Virus record (IMG/VR): IMGVR_UViG_2531839301_000007 | Location: 1 to 64,000 of that record | Direction: 5' to 3' (one strand) | Origin: a virus | Taxonomy: Duplodnaviria; Caudoviricetes | Length of the DNA: 64,000 nucleotides | Shown here: piece by piece, positions 20,279 to 28,929 of the stretch | Layout of the letters: the number at the start of each line of letters is the position of its first letter | Numbering within the stretch: the first letter of the stretch is position 1 | Program-made: the position numbers and the translations under genes | The notes under the pieces: model-generated | What the model saw: only the letters and a program-made list of their open reading frames with translations | The model's database searches: none | What the model was told of the DNA's origin: nothing

Positions 20279-20420
20279 CAAGAAACAAACAAGAAACAAA
20301 AATGCACCTAAAAAGAGCAAAGCAACAGAAAACGTAGAAAACAACTGAAAATAAAAACTCGTATATAAATTATTGATATATAGATGATTTATCTATATTT
20401 ATTTGGAACTTGTTTTCATT
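20279..20420. other. Probable ICE end (att region) with arm-type-like repeats
   Basis: Tandem CAAGAAACAAA at 20279-20300; GAAAACAA at 20337-20344 with an inverted copy at 20410-20417; exact crossover not determinable. Confidence 0.45.
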
Positions 20421-20454
20421 TTATATATGTCTTTATGATTATTGGTAAGGAAAA

Positions 20455-20676
20455 ATGACAATGGAAGAAAAGAAGGTAAAAGTGTCTATGGAATTAGACA
20501 AAGATGTGTTTCAAGCATTTTGCTTTATGATGGGAGAGAAATTGACCGATGAACTATGGAGTAAGCTAACAGCCGAAGAAATTGCTATCAACGTAGATGA
20601 AATGGGTGAAGAGGCACAACAAATTAAATTGGCTTTTTCTGCGTTTGCCATTGCAATGGTAGCGGATAAGAAGTAA
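20455..20676 (+). CDS. Phage hypothetical protein
   Basis: Tightly packed small-ORF run. Confidence 0.6.
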   Translation: MTMEEKKVKVSMELDKDVFQAFCFMMGEKLTDELWSKLTAEEIAINVDEMGEEAQQIKLAFSAFAIAMVADKK

Positions 20677-20680
20677 TAAT

Positions 20681-20902
20681 ATGGCTGTAAAATTCAGACA
20701 TAAAGAAACCGGATTATTCTTTTGCCGGGCAAAAGGTTTATCTCCTTCGAGAAGAGATTATGATAAGCTGGGAGAAGAAGGAGTTTTCAGGAAAAGGCAT
20801 TTGTCTAAGCGAGGAAGAATCTATGAAACCGCTACTGAAAATCAGAAACGGGATTGGATCGGCAAGAAACATGCTGATGAATTTGAAATTGTAACTGTAT
20901 AA
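20681..20902 (+). CDS. Phage hypothetical protein
   Basis: Tightly packed small-ORF run. Confidence 0.6.
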   Translation: MAVKFRHKETGLFFCRAKGLSPSRRDYDKLGEEGVFRKRHLSKRGRIYETATENQKRDWIGKKHADEFEIVTV

Positions 20903-20914
20903 CCAAACAACAAA

Positions 20915-21205
20915 ATGGCAAAGAACACTAAGTATATGCTTTGTATCACAAGGCTATTTGAATCTACTTCCAACCGGAAGATTGAACTGTATGACGTGTT
21001 ATGTAAGAAACATTGGTGGCAAAGATTCACTTCTATTCACCCTACGTTTCTATCTCTTAAAGATGCACATGGAGCTATTGTAGAGAACTCCAAAACTCCA
21101 TCCATTACTGTAACTATAATGCTGAATGGAAAGCCACAATCTATCGGTACATATAAGAGGATTAACGATGGAGCTTACGAACGAGTAATGACGAAAAATT
21201 TATAA
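20915..21205 (+). CDS. Phage hypothetical protein
   Basis: Tightly packed small-ORF run. Confidence 0.6.
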   Translation: MAKNTKYMLCITRLFESTSNRKIELYDVLCKKHWWQRFTSIHPTFLSLKDAHGAIVENSKTPSITVTIMLNGKPQSIGTYKRINDGAYERVMTKNL

Positions 21206-21224
21206 ATCACAAACAATTTTAGGT

Positions 21225-21602
21225 ATGAGTAAAAAGGCACCATTGCAATTTGGCAATTTTACTATTACAAGAGATAGTAGTAACGAACATGATTGGATTA
21301 GTATTAAGGCTATATCCGGCTTTTGGACAATGCGGTTCCGGGATGATAACGAGATGTTTGAGCGGATTCGTCTACTGGCAAACAACAAAGATTTCGGTGA
21401 GTATATGGACACATGGATTAAGGTAAACTTTCTTATGTCAAATTGTACTCCTGATGCTGAATTTATGAAAGACTTCTTCGAGGCTTATACCAAGATGAAT
21501 GAAAGATTGATTTCTCGCCGGAAGCAAATCTCGGAAGAAGAAGACAAAGCCATTTTGGAGCAAGAGAAAGCTGCCTACGAACTTAAAGAGCAAGCAAAAT
21601 GA
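21225..21602 (+). CDS. Phage hypothetical protein
   Basis: 125 aa; ATGA overlap with the next gene. Confidence 0.65.
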   Translation: MSKKAPLQFGNFTITRDSSNEHDWISIKAISGFWTMRFRDDNEMFERIRLLANNKDFGEYMDTWIKVNFLMSNCTPDAEFMKDFFEAYTKMNERLISRRKQISEEEDKAILEQEKAAYELKEQAK

Positions 21603-21961
21603 AGGTTCCAATTAGTAATATGACTTTTGCCGAAAGCCAATTCAATGGTGAAGGTGGTTCATGGAAAGCCCAAACACTGTATGATTTTGCTAAAGCAAAA
21701 GAATATCCTATAATGGATATGCCTTTATGGTGTGTAGATTTGAGTACCGATGCCTTTGAATGTGGCAGTCTTAAAGATTTCATCTTCCAATGTAAAAGAG
21801 TAAATGATACCTCTCTTGATTATCCTATCATACTTGATGATAAAGGTCAAATAGCGGATGGTTATCATCGCTTATGCAAGGCGATATTGGAGGGACGGGA
21901 AACTATAAAGGCTATTCGGATGCTGGAAATGCCTGCACCTGATAAAGTTGATAATAATTAG
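21599..21961 (+). CDS. ParB/Srx-like domain protein
   Basis: YPIIL...IADGYHRLCKA motif. Confidence 0.6.
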   Translation: MKVPISNMTFAESQFNGEGGSWKAQTLYDFAKAKEYPIMDMPLWCVDLSTDAFECGSLKDFIFQCKRVNDTSLDYPIILDDKGQIADGYHRLCKAILEGRETIKAIRMLEMPAPDKVDNN

Positions 21962-21981
21962 TTTATTTATATCTTTGTTCC

Positions 21982-22119
21982 GGCAATCGGTCATTACTCC
22001 TATAAGTTCAGTGCATCGTTCCTGGCGAACCTCTGCTGGAAGCTGAATACCGATTGTCTTTATTGTATAAATAAAAGGCTGCCCCCACTTAACAGAGTTA
22101 GATGGGGGCTTAACTTTTT
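21982..22119 (+). ncRNA. Candidate small structured RNA
   Basis: TATCTTTG at 21970-21977; 10-bp stem 21982-21991/22049-22058; terminator-like hairpin 22081-22109. Confidence 0.35.
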
Positions 22120-22180
22120 CAACGCTTGGTTGATAAGCAAACTTCTACATTGCAAATGTAGTCAATAGATTCATGGGTAC

Positions 22181-22432
22181 TTATCTTTTCAGTCTTTTAT
22201 TTGTAGGCTTCTTGGGATATTTTTGATTTATTCTCTTTTGTAAATCATCGTTTATACTTTCTTCCAAAAGGATTTTAGAATTGAGCACCCGGACTTCTCC
22301 GGTAAGTTCCATGATTGTTTTAGCCTGAAGAGCATTTTGTTTTGAAAGCTCGACGTTGGTAATTGCCAACTTGCTACATTCAGATGCAAGCTGATTCCAT
22401 TTTTTTGTAGTGATAATTTTGATTCCAAACAT
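22181..22432 (-). CDS. Small coiled-coil phage protein
   Basis: Follows gp7; start at MFGIKIIT. Confidence 0.55.
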   Translation of the reverse strand: MFGIKIITTKKWNQLASECSKLAITNVELSKQNALQAKTIMELTGEVRVLNSKILLEESINDDLQKRINQKYPKKPTNKRLKR

Positions 22433-22443
22433 AATATTGAGGT

Positions 22444-23247
22444 TTAAATATCTATTTCGTATATCGGTACTATATAACAGCAGCAATGCGCATGGTATGG
22501 CGGTACCGGGTCGCCGTTACTAAAGACATGGAAATAAGTAGTTTCATCATCACATTGCTGGCATGGATAACTACTGCCCCTAAATGACATGAAACCTATT
22601 GCTCCACTCTTTTGAGCTATCATGGCAAAGTAATCCATCCAGCCCTCGGCTATGGCGAAGTTGGTTAGATTATCAAGTGCAGTGAAAGAACTATTTGTAC
22701 GTCCCACACCGTATGTTTCCGGGACTTTCAATCTTGATATTACCGGGAAGCCCTGTGATGTAGCCTGTCTTATGTGTCGATTGAATAAAGGACTCTTCCG
22801 ACTTTCTTTAATGGAAGACAATAATTCACCTTCCGCAACATTGAGTAATACGCCGGATGCTATGGCTACTTCCAGTTCTTTTTTGAATTGGGTAGTATAT
22901 GCGTTGATACGATCAACAAGAGTTTTTCCATGACTCTCTCGGTTGATAAAAGAAATGATATGTTCTTTTTCATCCGTATGGGTTGCCACGGCAAGCGTTT
23001 CTGTATAATCCTCAATAAGCTCCCGAAGGTTAGCTATAATAGTTTCCACTTCTTCTTGTAGCTCTTTGTTATAAGAGAAACTGAATTGATTTGTGGGAAC
23101 GTTGTATTTGTAGGATACAGCGATTATCTCCTTTGCAGCTTGATACATAATGGCAAGTAGATTGTTCTCCATTGAAAGTTCTGCATTAAGCCTTTGCCGG
23201 AGATAGTCTTTCGCTTCTTCTATTTCCTTACTCGTTGGTTGTTTCAT
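22444..23247 (-). CDS. Head morphogenesis protein (SPP1 gp7 / Mu F-like)
   Basis: Follows portal; C-terminal CQQC...PPYHAHCCC. Confidence 0.75.
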   Translation of the reverse strand: MKQPTSKEIEEAKDYLRQRLNAELSMENNLLAIMYQAAKEIIAVSYKYNVPTNQFSFSYNKELQEEVETIIANLRELIEDYTETLAVATHTDEKEHIISFINRESHGKTLVDRINAYTTQFKKELEVAIASGVLLNVAEGELLSSIKESRKSPLFNRHIRQATSQGFPVISRLKVPETYGVGRTNSSFTALDNLTNFAIAEGWMDYFAMIAQKSGAIGFMSFRGSSYPCQQCDDETTYFHVFSNGDPVPPYHAHCCCYIVPIYEIDI

Positions 23248-24751
23248 CTTTATTTTCTTCGCTTATCTTAGCTGTTTGCTGTTGTGATTTCAACTGATAA
23301 AGTAGGTCTGCCGACTGTTCTTCCTTCTTTTCCCGCATGATTCTATCCCATTCATTATTTCTGCCGTACCCGCTAAGTTCGGATGCGCTTTCTTTGGACA
23401 AGAAACCACCGCCAACCGCTTGTACAAGGTTGCTGATAAGTTCTGCGGCGTTCTGATGCACATACGGTTCTGCCCATGACAAAACTTTCATATTGGCAAA
23501 TGGAGTACTCATTTTTCTCTCGATACCATAACCGTAAATGAATAGTCTCTTCATTGTATCAATGGAAGAATCAAACTCTTTGCAGTCTATCATAGCTTTC
23601 TCCAAAGATGGAGAATAAATCAGCTTGATTGCTACACCCGGTAAATCACCTGATTTTACTTCAGGGGGCATTACAGTGAAACTTCCCATGAATATCATCT
23701 TCAGGAGAGTATTGAACTGTAACTCGAATGATTGTGAAGATTCCGGTCTGTTCATAAATCCAGCATCATCTTCTTTGCCCATTGTTATAGCTTTTACCGC
23801 ACCGTACATGTCACCTTTGATTTCAACATCTTCACCTTTAAGTAACATAATGGGAAAGGCATAAGCCATATTGTTTTGACAAAGGTGTGAAACTGCAAGC
23901 TCGAAATCATCTATATTGCTTTGTGAGAAAGACCAACACGCGCCATGCTTATCACGAAGATATACTACTGGACATTCTTCAAACTGATGAAGTTCTTTGC
24001 TATCCAATTCATACCCATCTATTCCAAATATCTCTTTAAGTTTGTTTACCGCTCCCTTAAATCCGGCTTTTGTCTGCCGATAGCGATAGAGGTATTTGTT
24101 ATCCCATAATTCTACCCATGAAACAAGCTCCTTACCTTCAGAGTCGTAGTCACTGTATTGCCGGGCAAAATATTCCATCTTTCCGGTAATGGAGTTTGTA
24201 TGTGGATATAATATATCTCCATCGAAGAATGAAAGAACTTTGGTTCCCACTTCTCCTTTATCCATATAGAATACAACCGCTCCATCTCCGGTGATCTTTA
24301 CGCTCTTTGCAAATTCGTAGAACGTAATCTCCATGTTTTTATCCAGCCACCCTTTCTGAAATTCAAGGAAGGATTCTTTCAATTTATCATCAACTTGTGC
24401 GGCTGTAAGTTCATGGTGAATATCATTTCCGCAGAGGTGAACAAGTTGCTGAATGGTAATAATCATTTGGAAGGGGAAAGCGACACGCATAACCTTCTCT
24501 TCAAAGAAGCGTTTATTCCCATTTTCGTCTTCCTCGAATTTGATGCGATTAGGATAAAATGCCGGAGAATTTATCTTGTGACCGGATGGATAAAACTCTC
24601 TGATAAAATCCGCTTGGGATAAAATCTGATATTCTATCTTGTTGTTATAATACGAAGCGATTGATAAATCACTTGTAGTTTTGCCATTAAGATAGCCTGT
24701 TGGCGTTACTCTTGTAAACGGCTTTTTGGTAAGAACTTCATTTTTAATCAT
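23228..24751 (-). CDS. Portal protein (SPP1 gp6-like)
   Basis: 507 aa, directly after terL; SGVAIKL-like PGVAIKL motif. Confidence 0.85.
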   Translation of the reverse strand: MIKNEVLTKKPFTRVTPTGYLNGKTTSDLSIASYYNNKIEYQILSQADFIREFYPSGHKINSPAFYPNRIKFEEDENGNKRFFEEKVMRVAFPFQMIITIQQLVHLCGNDIHHELTAAQVDDKLKESFLEFQKGWLDKNMEITFYEFAKSVKITGDGAVVFYMDKGEVGTKVLSFFDGDILYPHTNSITGKMEYFARQYSDYDSEGKELVSWVELWDNKYLYRYRQTKAGFKGAVNKLKEIFGIDGYELDSKELHQFEECPVVYLRDKHGACWSFSQSNIDDFELAVSHLCQNNMAYAFPIMLLKGEDVEIKGDMYGAVKAITMGKEDDAGFMNRPESSQSFELQFNTLLKMIFMGSFTVMPPEVKSGDLPGVAIKLIYSPSLEKAMIDCKEFDSSIDTMKRLFIYGYGIERKMSTPFANMKVLSWAEPYVHQNAAELISNLVQAVGGGFLSKESASELSGYGRNNEWDRIMREKKEEQSADLLYQLKSQQQTAKISEENKDETTNE

Positions 24752-26361
24752 AACAATCCTATTCCTTTAAAGTGTTTGCGTTTCTTTTTTATCTCGAATA
24801 TTTCTCTTGTCATCATGCTTTCCCAAAAGTCAGGAGAGTGACCGACTATTTTTTTCATTTCAGACTTGGCTATAAGTTTCCAATATTTGTCAGCCGCATT
24901 TTCATCTTGTCGCATTGCTTGTCTTTCATTGATAAGCACTTGTGAAAGAGGAACATCTTTGAATCCTTTGCCGGAGTATTTACGTTTCAGCAAGTCGGGT
25001 AATATACTAACTCCACCACGGGTGAATCTGTCAATAAATTTGTATGCAACTTCTGATTTCAGATAGTCAAACATTGTATGCGATCCATCTGACGGACATT
25101 CTATATTATTGAACTTCAATGCTTTAGGGAAGAAACCGACAAATATCTGTCCAAGACCATTAAGGTCGTAGGCGAAGTTCTCTTCCAAAACTTTATATTG
25201 TTCGAGCAGGAATTTTGCGGTTTCAATAGTCTTTTTACTATCTTTCTTGCAAACGTGAATACCTATAATGTTCCAGCCTTCCCATATCCAAAACACGCAG
25301 TTATCTCCACCCGTAAACGCCGGGTCACAAGTTATATACCGAGTTCCCGATTCTGTTTGAAGGGCATTTTCAAAGAAACTTCTCATGTGTTCGAGAGTAA
25401 CAAGCCCGGTTCCGGCTGTACGGAATTTCCAGTTACCTTCAAGGTCACGGGCACGTTGTTCTTCGGACTGATTGGCAAGGTTGGCAAGATAGTTCGGGTC
25501 AGAACGGAGAAGCTGCATGTTTTCTTCCAGCTTACCTTCTATGAAGGTCACTGATTTAATGAATAGCTCTTGCGGACTGCCCAATGATTCGTATTCGGGT
25601 TTCCACAAACGATCAATGATGTGCTTACATTGTTCATATACTTCTTCGCGGGTATCTCCCCAATAGATTCCTTCAATACTATCTCCGTCCATGAAACAAT
25701 AGCGTACAACTCCATCACGATCTAGGATGGGAAAGCCATCTGAATCTATCCACCAATTTATGAATGTAGCTACCCAACTGTCGGGGTCAGGGTTACATGT
25801 ACCAAAGAAACGGTTGCGGATAAAATGGGCATTACGGTTACAGGTAATAAGGTATTTGAACTTCGGATAATCCATGTGCGTGATTTCATCCACTCCTATA
25901 TAAGAGAACTGTCTTCCCTGAAAACGTTTCTTGAAATCCTCAATGCTATCAGAGTAGTAATTAAATTCCAGCCATCCTCCCCAGTTGAAGTTCCAAGTCA
26001 TATCTCCTTTTGACTTGTTATACTTACCGAAATCATCGTAAATCTGATAGGAAGTAGTGATAAGGTCGGTAAGGTCATTAATCTCGTTACGGAAGATTAT
26101 AGAGTTGAAGTATTTGCTTTGTATGTCATGTTGGGATTCAAGCAACAAGGAGAATGATTTGGCACCACCACGTTTTCCACCGTATATAACAATGTCTGCC
26201 ATCGTAGAAAGGAATTTCTCTTGTCCTCCACGTTGGGCAATAATCTTTTGCGGGTTTGGCATTTTCTTATCTGCCTCCCTTAACGTTTCGATAAATTCAT
26301 AAGTAAGAATCTTCTTTCCGTCCGTTGTCGTGACACCACTATATTCAGCTATTTCTTCCAT
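24748..26361 (-). CDS. terL: Terminase large subunit
   Basis: YGGKRGGAKS Walker A, GVDEIT Walker B, TCNPD coupling motif, CDPA nuclease motif, HSPDFWES. Confidence 0.92.
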   Translation of the reverse strand: MEEIAEYSGVTTTDGKKILTYEFIETLREADKKMPNPQKIIAQRGGQEKFLSTMADIVIYGGKRGGAKSFSLLLESQHDIQSKYFNSIIFRNEINDLTDLITTSYQIYDDFGKYNKSKGDMTWNFNWGGWLEFNYYSDSIEDFKKRFQGRQFSYIGVDEITHMDYPKFKYLITCNRNAHFIRNRFFGTCNPDPDSWVATFINWWIDSDGFPILDRDGVVRYCFMDGDSIEGIYWGDTREEVYEQCKHIIDRLWKPEYESLGSPQELFIKSVTFIEGKLEENMQLLRSDPNYLANLANQSEEQRARDLEGNWKFRTAGTGLVTLEHMRSFFENALQTESGTRYITCDPAFTGGDNCVFWIWEGWNIIGIHVCKKDSKKTIETAKFLLEQYKVLEENFAYDLNGLGQIFVGFFPKALKFNNIECPSDGSHTMFDYLKSEVAYKFIDRFTRGGVSILPDLLKRKYSGKGFKDVPLSQVLINERQAMRQDENAADKYWKLIAKSEMKKIVGHSPDFWESMMTREIFEIKKKRKHFKGIGLL

Positions 26362-26434
26362 AAATAAAAAGCCTACATGATAAATTTCTCTATCATGTAG
26401 GCTTTGAAAGCTCACTATTTGATTAATAATGAGG

Positions 26435-26442
26435 CAAAAGTA
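26435..26442 (-). promoter_or_regulatory. -7 promoter element for the packaging operon
   Basis: TACTTTTG on the minus strand. Confidence 0.65.
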
Positions 26443-26503
26443 TATATAAAAATATGAATTTTCTAATTTTAAGATGAAAATAATCTATTATTTGCATTGG
26501 AAT

Positions 26504-26531
26504 ATAGAAAATATATATTATGTTTGCAGCG
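26504..26531 (+). promoter_or_regulatory. Promoter for the tRNA/head operon
   Basis: ATAGAAAATATATA + TATGTTTG + CAGCG; near-identical to 42882-42908. Confidence 0.7.
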
Positions 26532-26545
26532 AATAAGGATAACAG

Positions 26546-26767
26546 ATGATTAAAATTGATACAAAAGAAGACCCTCGACAAGTGGTTGAACACCACAAGT
26601 TAGTGATTTGCCCGACATGCGGACAAAAGCTCACTGATGTTAAGTATGTTGATGGTATTGTTATGCTACGGATTAAATGCCGTAGATGCAGGAAATACAT
26701 TAGTGTTGATTTGATAGGTAGTAAAGAAGATATTCAGGATACATTGCGGGATGGAGCAGTCAGGTAG
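26546..26767 (+). CDS. Com-like zinc-ribbon regulator
   Basis: CPTCGQKL...IKCRRCRK; stop codon falls inside tRNA-Met. Confidence 0.7.
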   Translation: MIKIDTKEDPRQVVEHHKLVICPTCGQKLTDVKYVDGIVMLRIKCRRCRKYISVDLIGSKEDIQDTLRDGAVR

Positions 26768-26818
26768 CTCGTTGGGGTCATATCCCAAAGGTCGTTGGTT
26801 CAAATCCAACTCCCGCTA
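26745..26818 (+). tRNA. tRNA-fMet (CAT), initiator-like
   Basis: Cloverleaf; 1:72 mismatch; GGG/CCC anticodon stem; loop GTCATAT. Confidence 0.9.
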
Positions 26819-26895
26819 CAATCAAACGGAGGTGCGGTTACTCTACCGCCGGGGATGAAAAGGAGACGTTTTCCCGTTCGGAAAAAACGGGGAAT

Positions 26896-26971
26896 GGAAA
26901 GATGGCAGACGCGGTGTATGCGCCGGACTGAAAATCCGGTTAAGGTGATTCGATTTCATCTCTTTCCACCA
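26896..26971 (+). tRNA. tRNA-Phe (GAA), CCA encoded
   Basis: GGAAAGA/TCTTTCC acceptor; CCGGA-CTGAAAA-TCCGG; TTCGATT loop; atypical D arm. Confidence 0.82.
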
Positions 26972-26974
26972 TTC

Positions 26975-27195
26975 AGTATTGTACAGGAGACGGGGGCGCA
27001 TTGGGTCGATATATTGAATTTCAAATCCCTCTCATCGGCGTGACGGTGAATAGTTTAGTGGTCGAAAACACCAGTACAAACAATTACTTCGTAGTTGCAA
27101 ATGCGAGTATGACTGATGAAAACCTATACGGTGTGGTTCAATTCCCACAGGTACGCCGCAATGGGGTATCGCAGGTCAGGTGAGTATAGGTATGT
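26975..27195 (+). ncRNA. Unassigned structured RNA inside the tRNA array
   Basis: Several helices and a T-loop-like GGTTCAATTCC but no complete cloverleaf. Confidence 0.4.
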
Positions 27196-27196
27196 T

Positions 27197-27269
27197 GTCC
27201 GGTTAGCTCAATTGGTAGAGCAATACACTGTTAATGTAAAGGTCGGTAGTTCGATTCTATCACCGGGCG
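27197..27269 (+). tRNA. tRNA-Asn (GTT)
   Basis: GTCCGGT/ACCGGGC acceptor; loop CTGTTAA. Confidence 0.92.
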
Positions 27270-27276
27270 CAATGAA

Positions 27277-27349
27277 GCGGAGATAGTTCAGTTGGAAGAA
27301 CGTCAGATTCCAAACCTGATTGTCGGGGGTTCGAGTCCTTCTCTTCGCG
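27277..27349 (+). tRNA. tRNA-Trp (CCA)
   Basis: GCGGAGA/TCTTCGC acceptor; loop TTCCAAA. Confidence 0.92.
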
Positions 27350-27354
27350 CATAT

Positions 27355-27425
27355 TGAGATATGGTGTAATGGTAACACAACAGATTTTGGTTCTGTTATT
27401 CAAGGTTCGAGTCCTTGTGTCCCAA
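27355..27425 (+). tRNA. tRNA-Gln (TTG)
   Basis: GTGT/ACAC D stem; ACAGA-TTTTGGT-TCTGT; one acceptor mismatch. Confidence 0.9.
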
Positions 27426-27430
27426 CATTT

Positions 27431-27515
27431 GGAAGTATGGGTGAGTGAACGATACCACCTCTTTGCTAAAGAGGCAAGCTGAAAGGCTTCGGAGGTTTGA
27501 ATCCTTCTGCTTCCG
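27431..27515 (+). tRNA. tRNA-Ser (GCT)
   Basis: GGAAGTA/TGCTTCC acceptor; CCTCT-TTGCTAA-AGAGG; long variable arm; atypical D and T loops. Confidence 0.88.
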
Positions 27516-27534
27516 CAATTAAAGATATAAGACC

Positions 27535-27578
27535 AAAGAGTCAGATTGATGCAAAAAGCATTGTCTGACTCTTTTTTT
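27535..27578 (+). terminator. Terminator after the tRNA array
   Basis: AAAGAGTCAGA...TCTGACTCTTT followed by a U run. Confidence 0.8.
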
Positions 27579-27603
27579 ATGCAACATAAACACAAAGTAA
27601 AAC

Positions 27604-28272
27604 ATGGACAAAGAGACCCTTTTATCCAATTTCACAAAGAGTATCGGAGAACCCGATGCCACTACTGGGATGTACGGAGACACCGGAATTTCCCGTAGAA
27701 CTATGGATGTCTATATTGACAATCTTTTACCTCGTATTACTGACGACAATACGGTCAATGATGCTTTTATTGAAGCACACGTCAACTTCATTAAAGCTAT
27801 GGGAGGTCAATTGAGACATGAACAAAGTGAGTTTGTAAAAAACTACAAACCAAATCAGCAACAAGCTAATGATACTCCGCAGGAAGGTAAAGACAATGAA
27901 GTTCTTGAATTGCTGAAAAGCATTAAGAATGAGAACAAAGAATTGCGCGAACGTCTTGACAGACAAGACCAAGCAAAGAGCCAAAGTGAATTGCGTGAGA
28001 AAGTCATTGCCGGGATGAAAGCCAAAGGTGTAAATGACGAGTATGTATTGACTACTACTTTGACTAAACACGGAGAACTTGATTCCAAGAAATCAGTAGA
28101 TGAACTTGTGGATTCTCTTCTTCCAGTTTATGACAAAGAGTTTAGTGCTTGTCGTGGAAATGGGGCTGTTCCGAGAACCGGACAACAACAGCAACAAAAC
28201 ACAAAGAATGAAACACTGAAGAAGTTTAAAGAACGGCACCAAAAAGCAGGTGATTTGCCTGTTGCAAATTAA
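27604..28272 (+). CDS. Capsid scaffolding protein
   Basis: Charged, coiled-coil protein first in the head operon. Confidence 0.65.
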   Translation: MDKETLLSNFTKSIGEPDATTGMYGDTGISRRTMDVYIDNLLPRITDDNTVNDAFIEAHVNFIKAMGGQLRHEQSEFVKNYKPNQQQANDTPQEGKDNEVLELLKSIKNENKELRERLDRQDQAKSQSELREKVIAGMKAKGVNDEYVLTTTLTKHGELDSKKSVDELVDSLLPVYDKEFSACRGNGAVPRTGQQQQQNTKNETLKKFKERHQKAGDLPVAN

Positions 28273-28311
28273 AATAATTAACTGATTACAAACACATTAA
28301 AACACAGAACT

Positions 28312-28926
28312 ATGATTGGTAATACTTTTGGTAGTAAGACAAGAAAGTTTGGTGGTGCATTTCCCGTATGGAAAGATGTATTTAGCAAGGTAGACGGTGG
28401 CGGCGTATTTGAGAAGACGCCGGACGTGGGAGATGTTATTCCCGCAGGAACACCCGTATATCTTGATAAAACCGGAGGTACTTCTAAATGCTTAGAATTT
28501 TATGAGGCATTGGAAGGTAGCACTGGCACCACATTGAAAGTGACTGTTGGTATGGGGCTTCCGACTCCAACCGTGGGTCAATTCTTAATGAAAGTACCCG
28601 ATTCTCTTAACGGTACGGGAACGGGCGTGAAGGTGACGAAAGTAGTCATTGATGGAAACGAAGCTACTGTTACCTTGAGTGCTGACCCTGATACTCTTGC
28701 AGAAGGTGATATTCTGACCGTAGCTGCCGCATCTGGTGCAACACAGAAAATGGCTATCACGCACATGTCAGGTCTGACAAAGAATGATGCTTACATCGAA
28801 GAAGGCACGCAAGCAGCCACTTGTACGGTCGTATGGAGTGGAAAGGTTTATGCAGACCGTATTCAACCTATCCCGGATATTTTCAAAGCATTGGTTCCTA
28901 ACATTTTATTTCAGAAGGAGGCGTAA
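28312..28926 (+). CDS. Head decoration/cement protein
   Basis: IPAGTPV motif; immediately before the capsid gene. Confidence 0.65.
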   Translation: MIGNTFGSKTRKFGGAFPVWKDVFSKVDGGGVFEKTPDVGDVIPAGTPVYLDKTGGTSKCLEFYEALEGSTGTTLKVTVGMGLPTPTVGQFLMKVPDSLNGTGTGVKVTKVVIDGNEATVTLSADPDTLAEGDILTVAAASGATQKMAITHMSGLTKNDAYIEEGTQAATCTVVWSGKVYADRIQPIPDIFKALVPNILFQKEA

Positions 28927-28929
28927 GTT

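Larger units (their letters stand above)
1..20300 (-). mobile_element. Integrative conjugative element (CTn-like ICE), integrase-proximal part; continues off the left edge
   Basis: Co-oriented int-xis-ATPase-primase-tra gene run; visibly more GC-rich than the DNA right of about 20.3 kb. Confidence 0.9.

Noticed and set aside
26992-27160. tmRNA gene
   Set aside because: The 5' end is similar, but no matching 3' acceptor strand follows the T-like arm, the region is too short, and no tag ORF is evident.
27113-27195. Hammerhead ribozyme (CTGATGA followed by a helix)
   Set aside because: No GAAA follows the 3' strand of the helix, and the type II arrangement with the upstream GAAA gives no stem II pairing.
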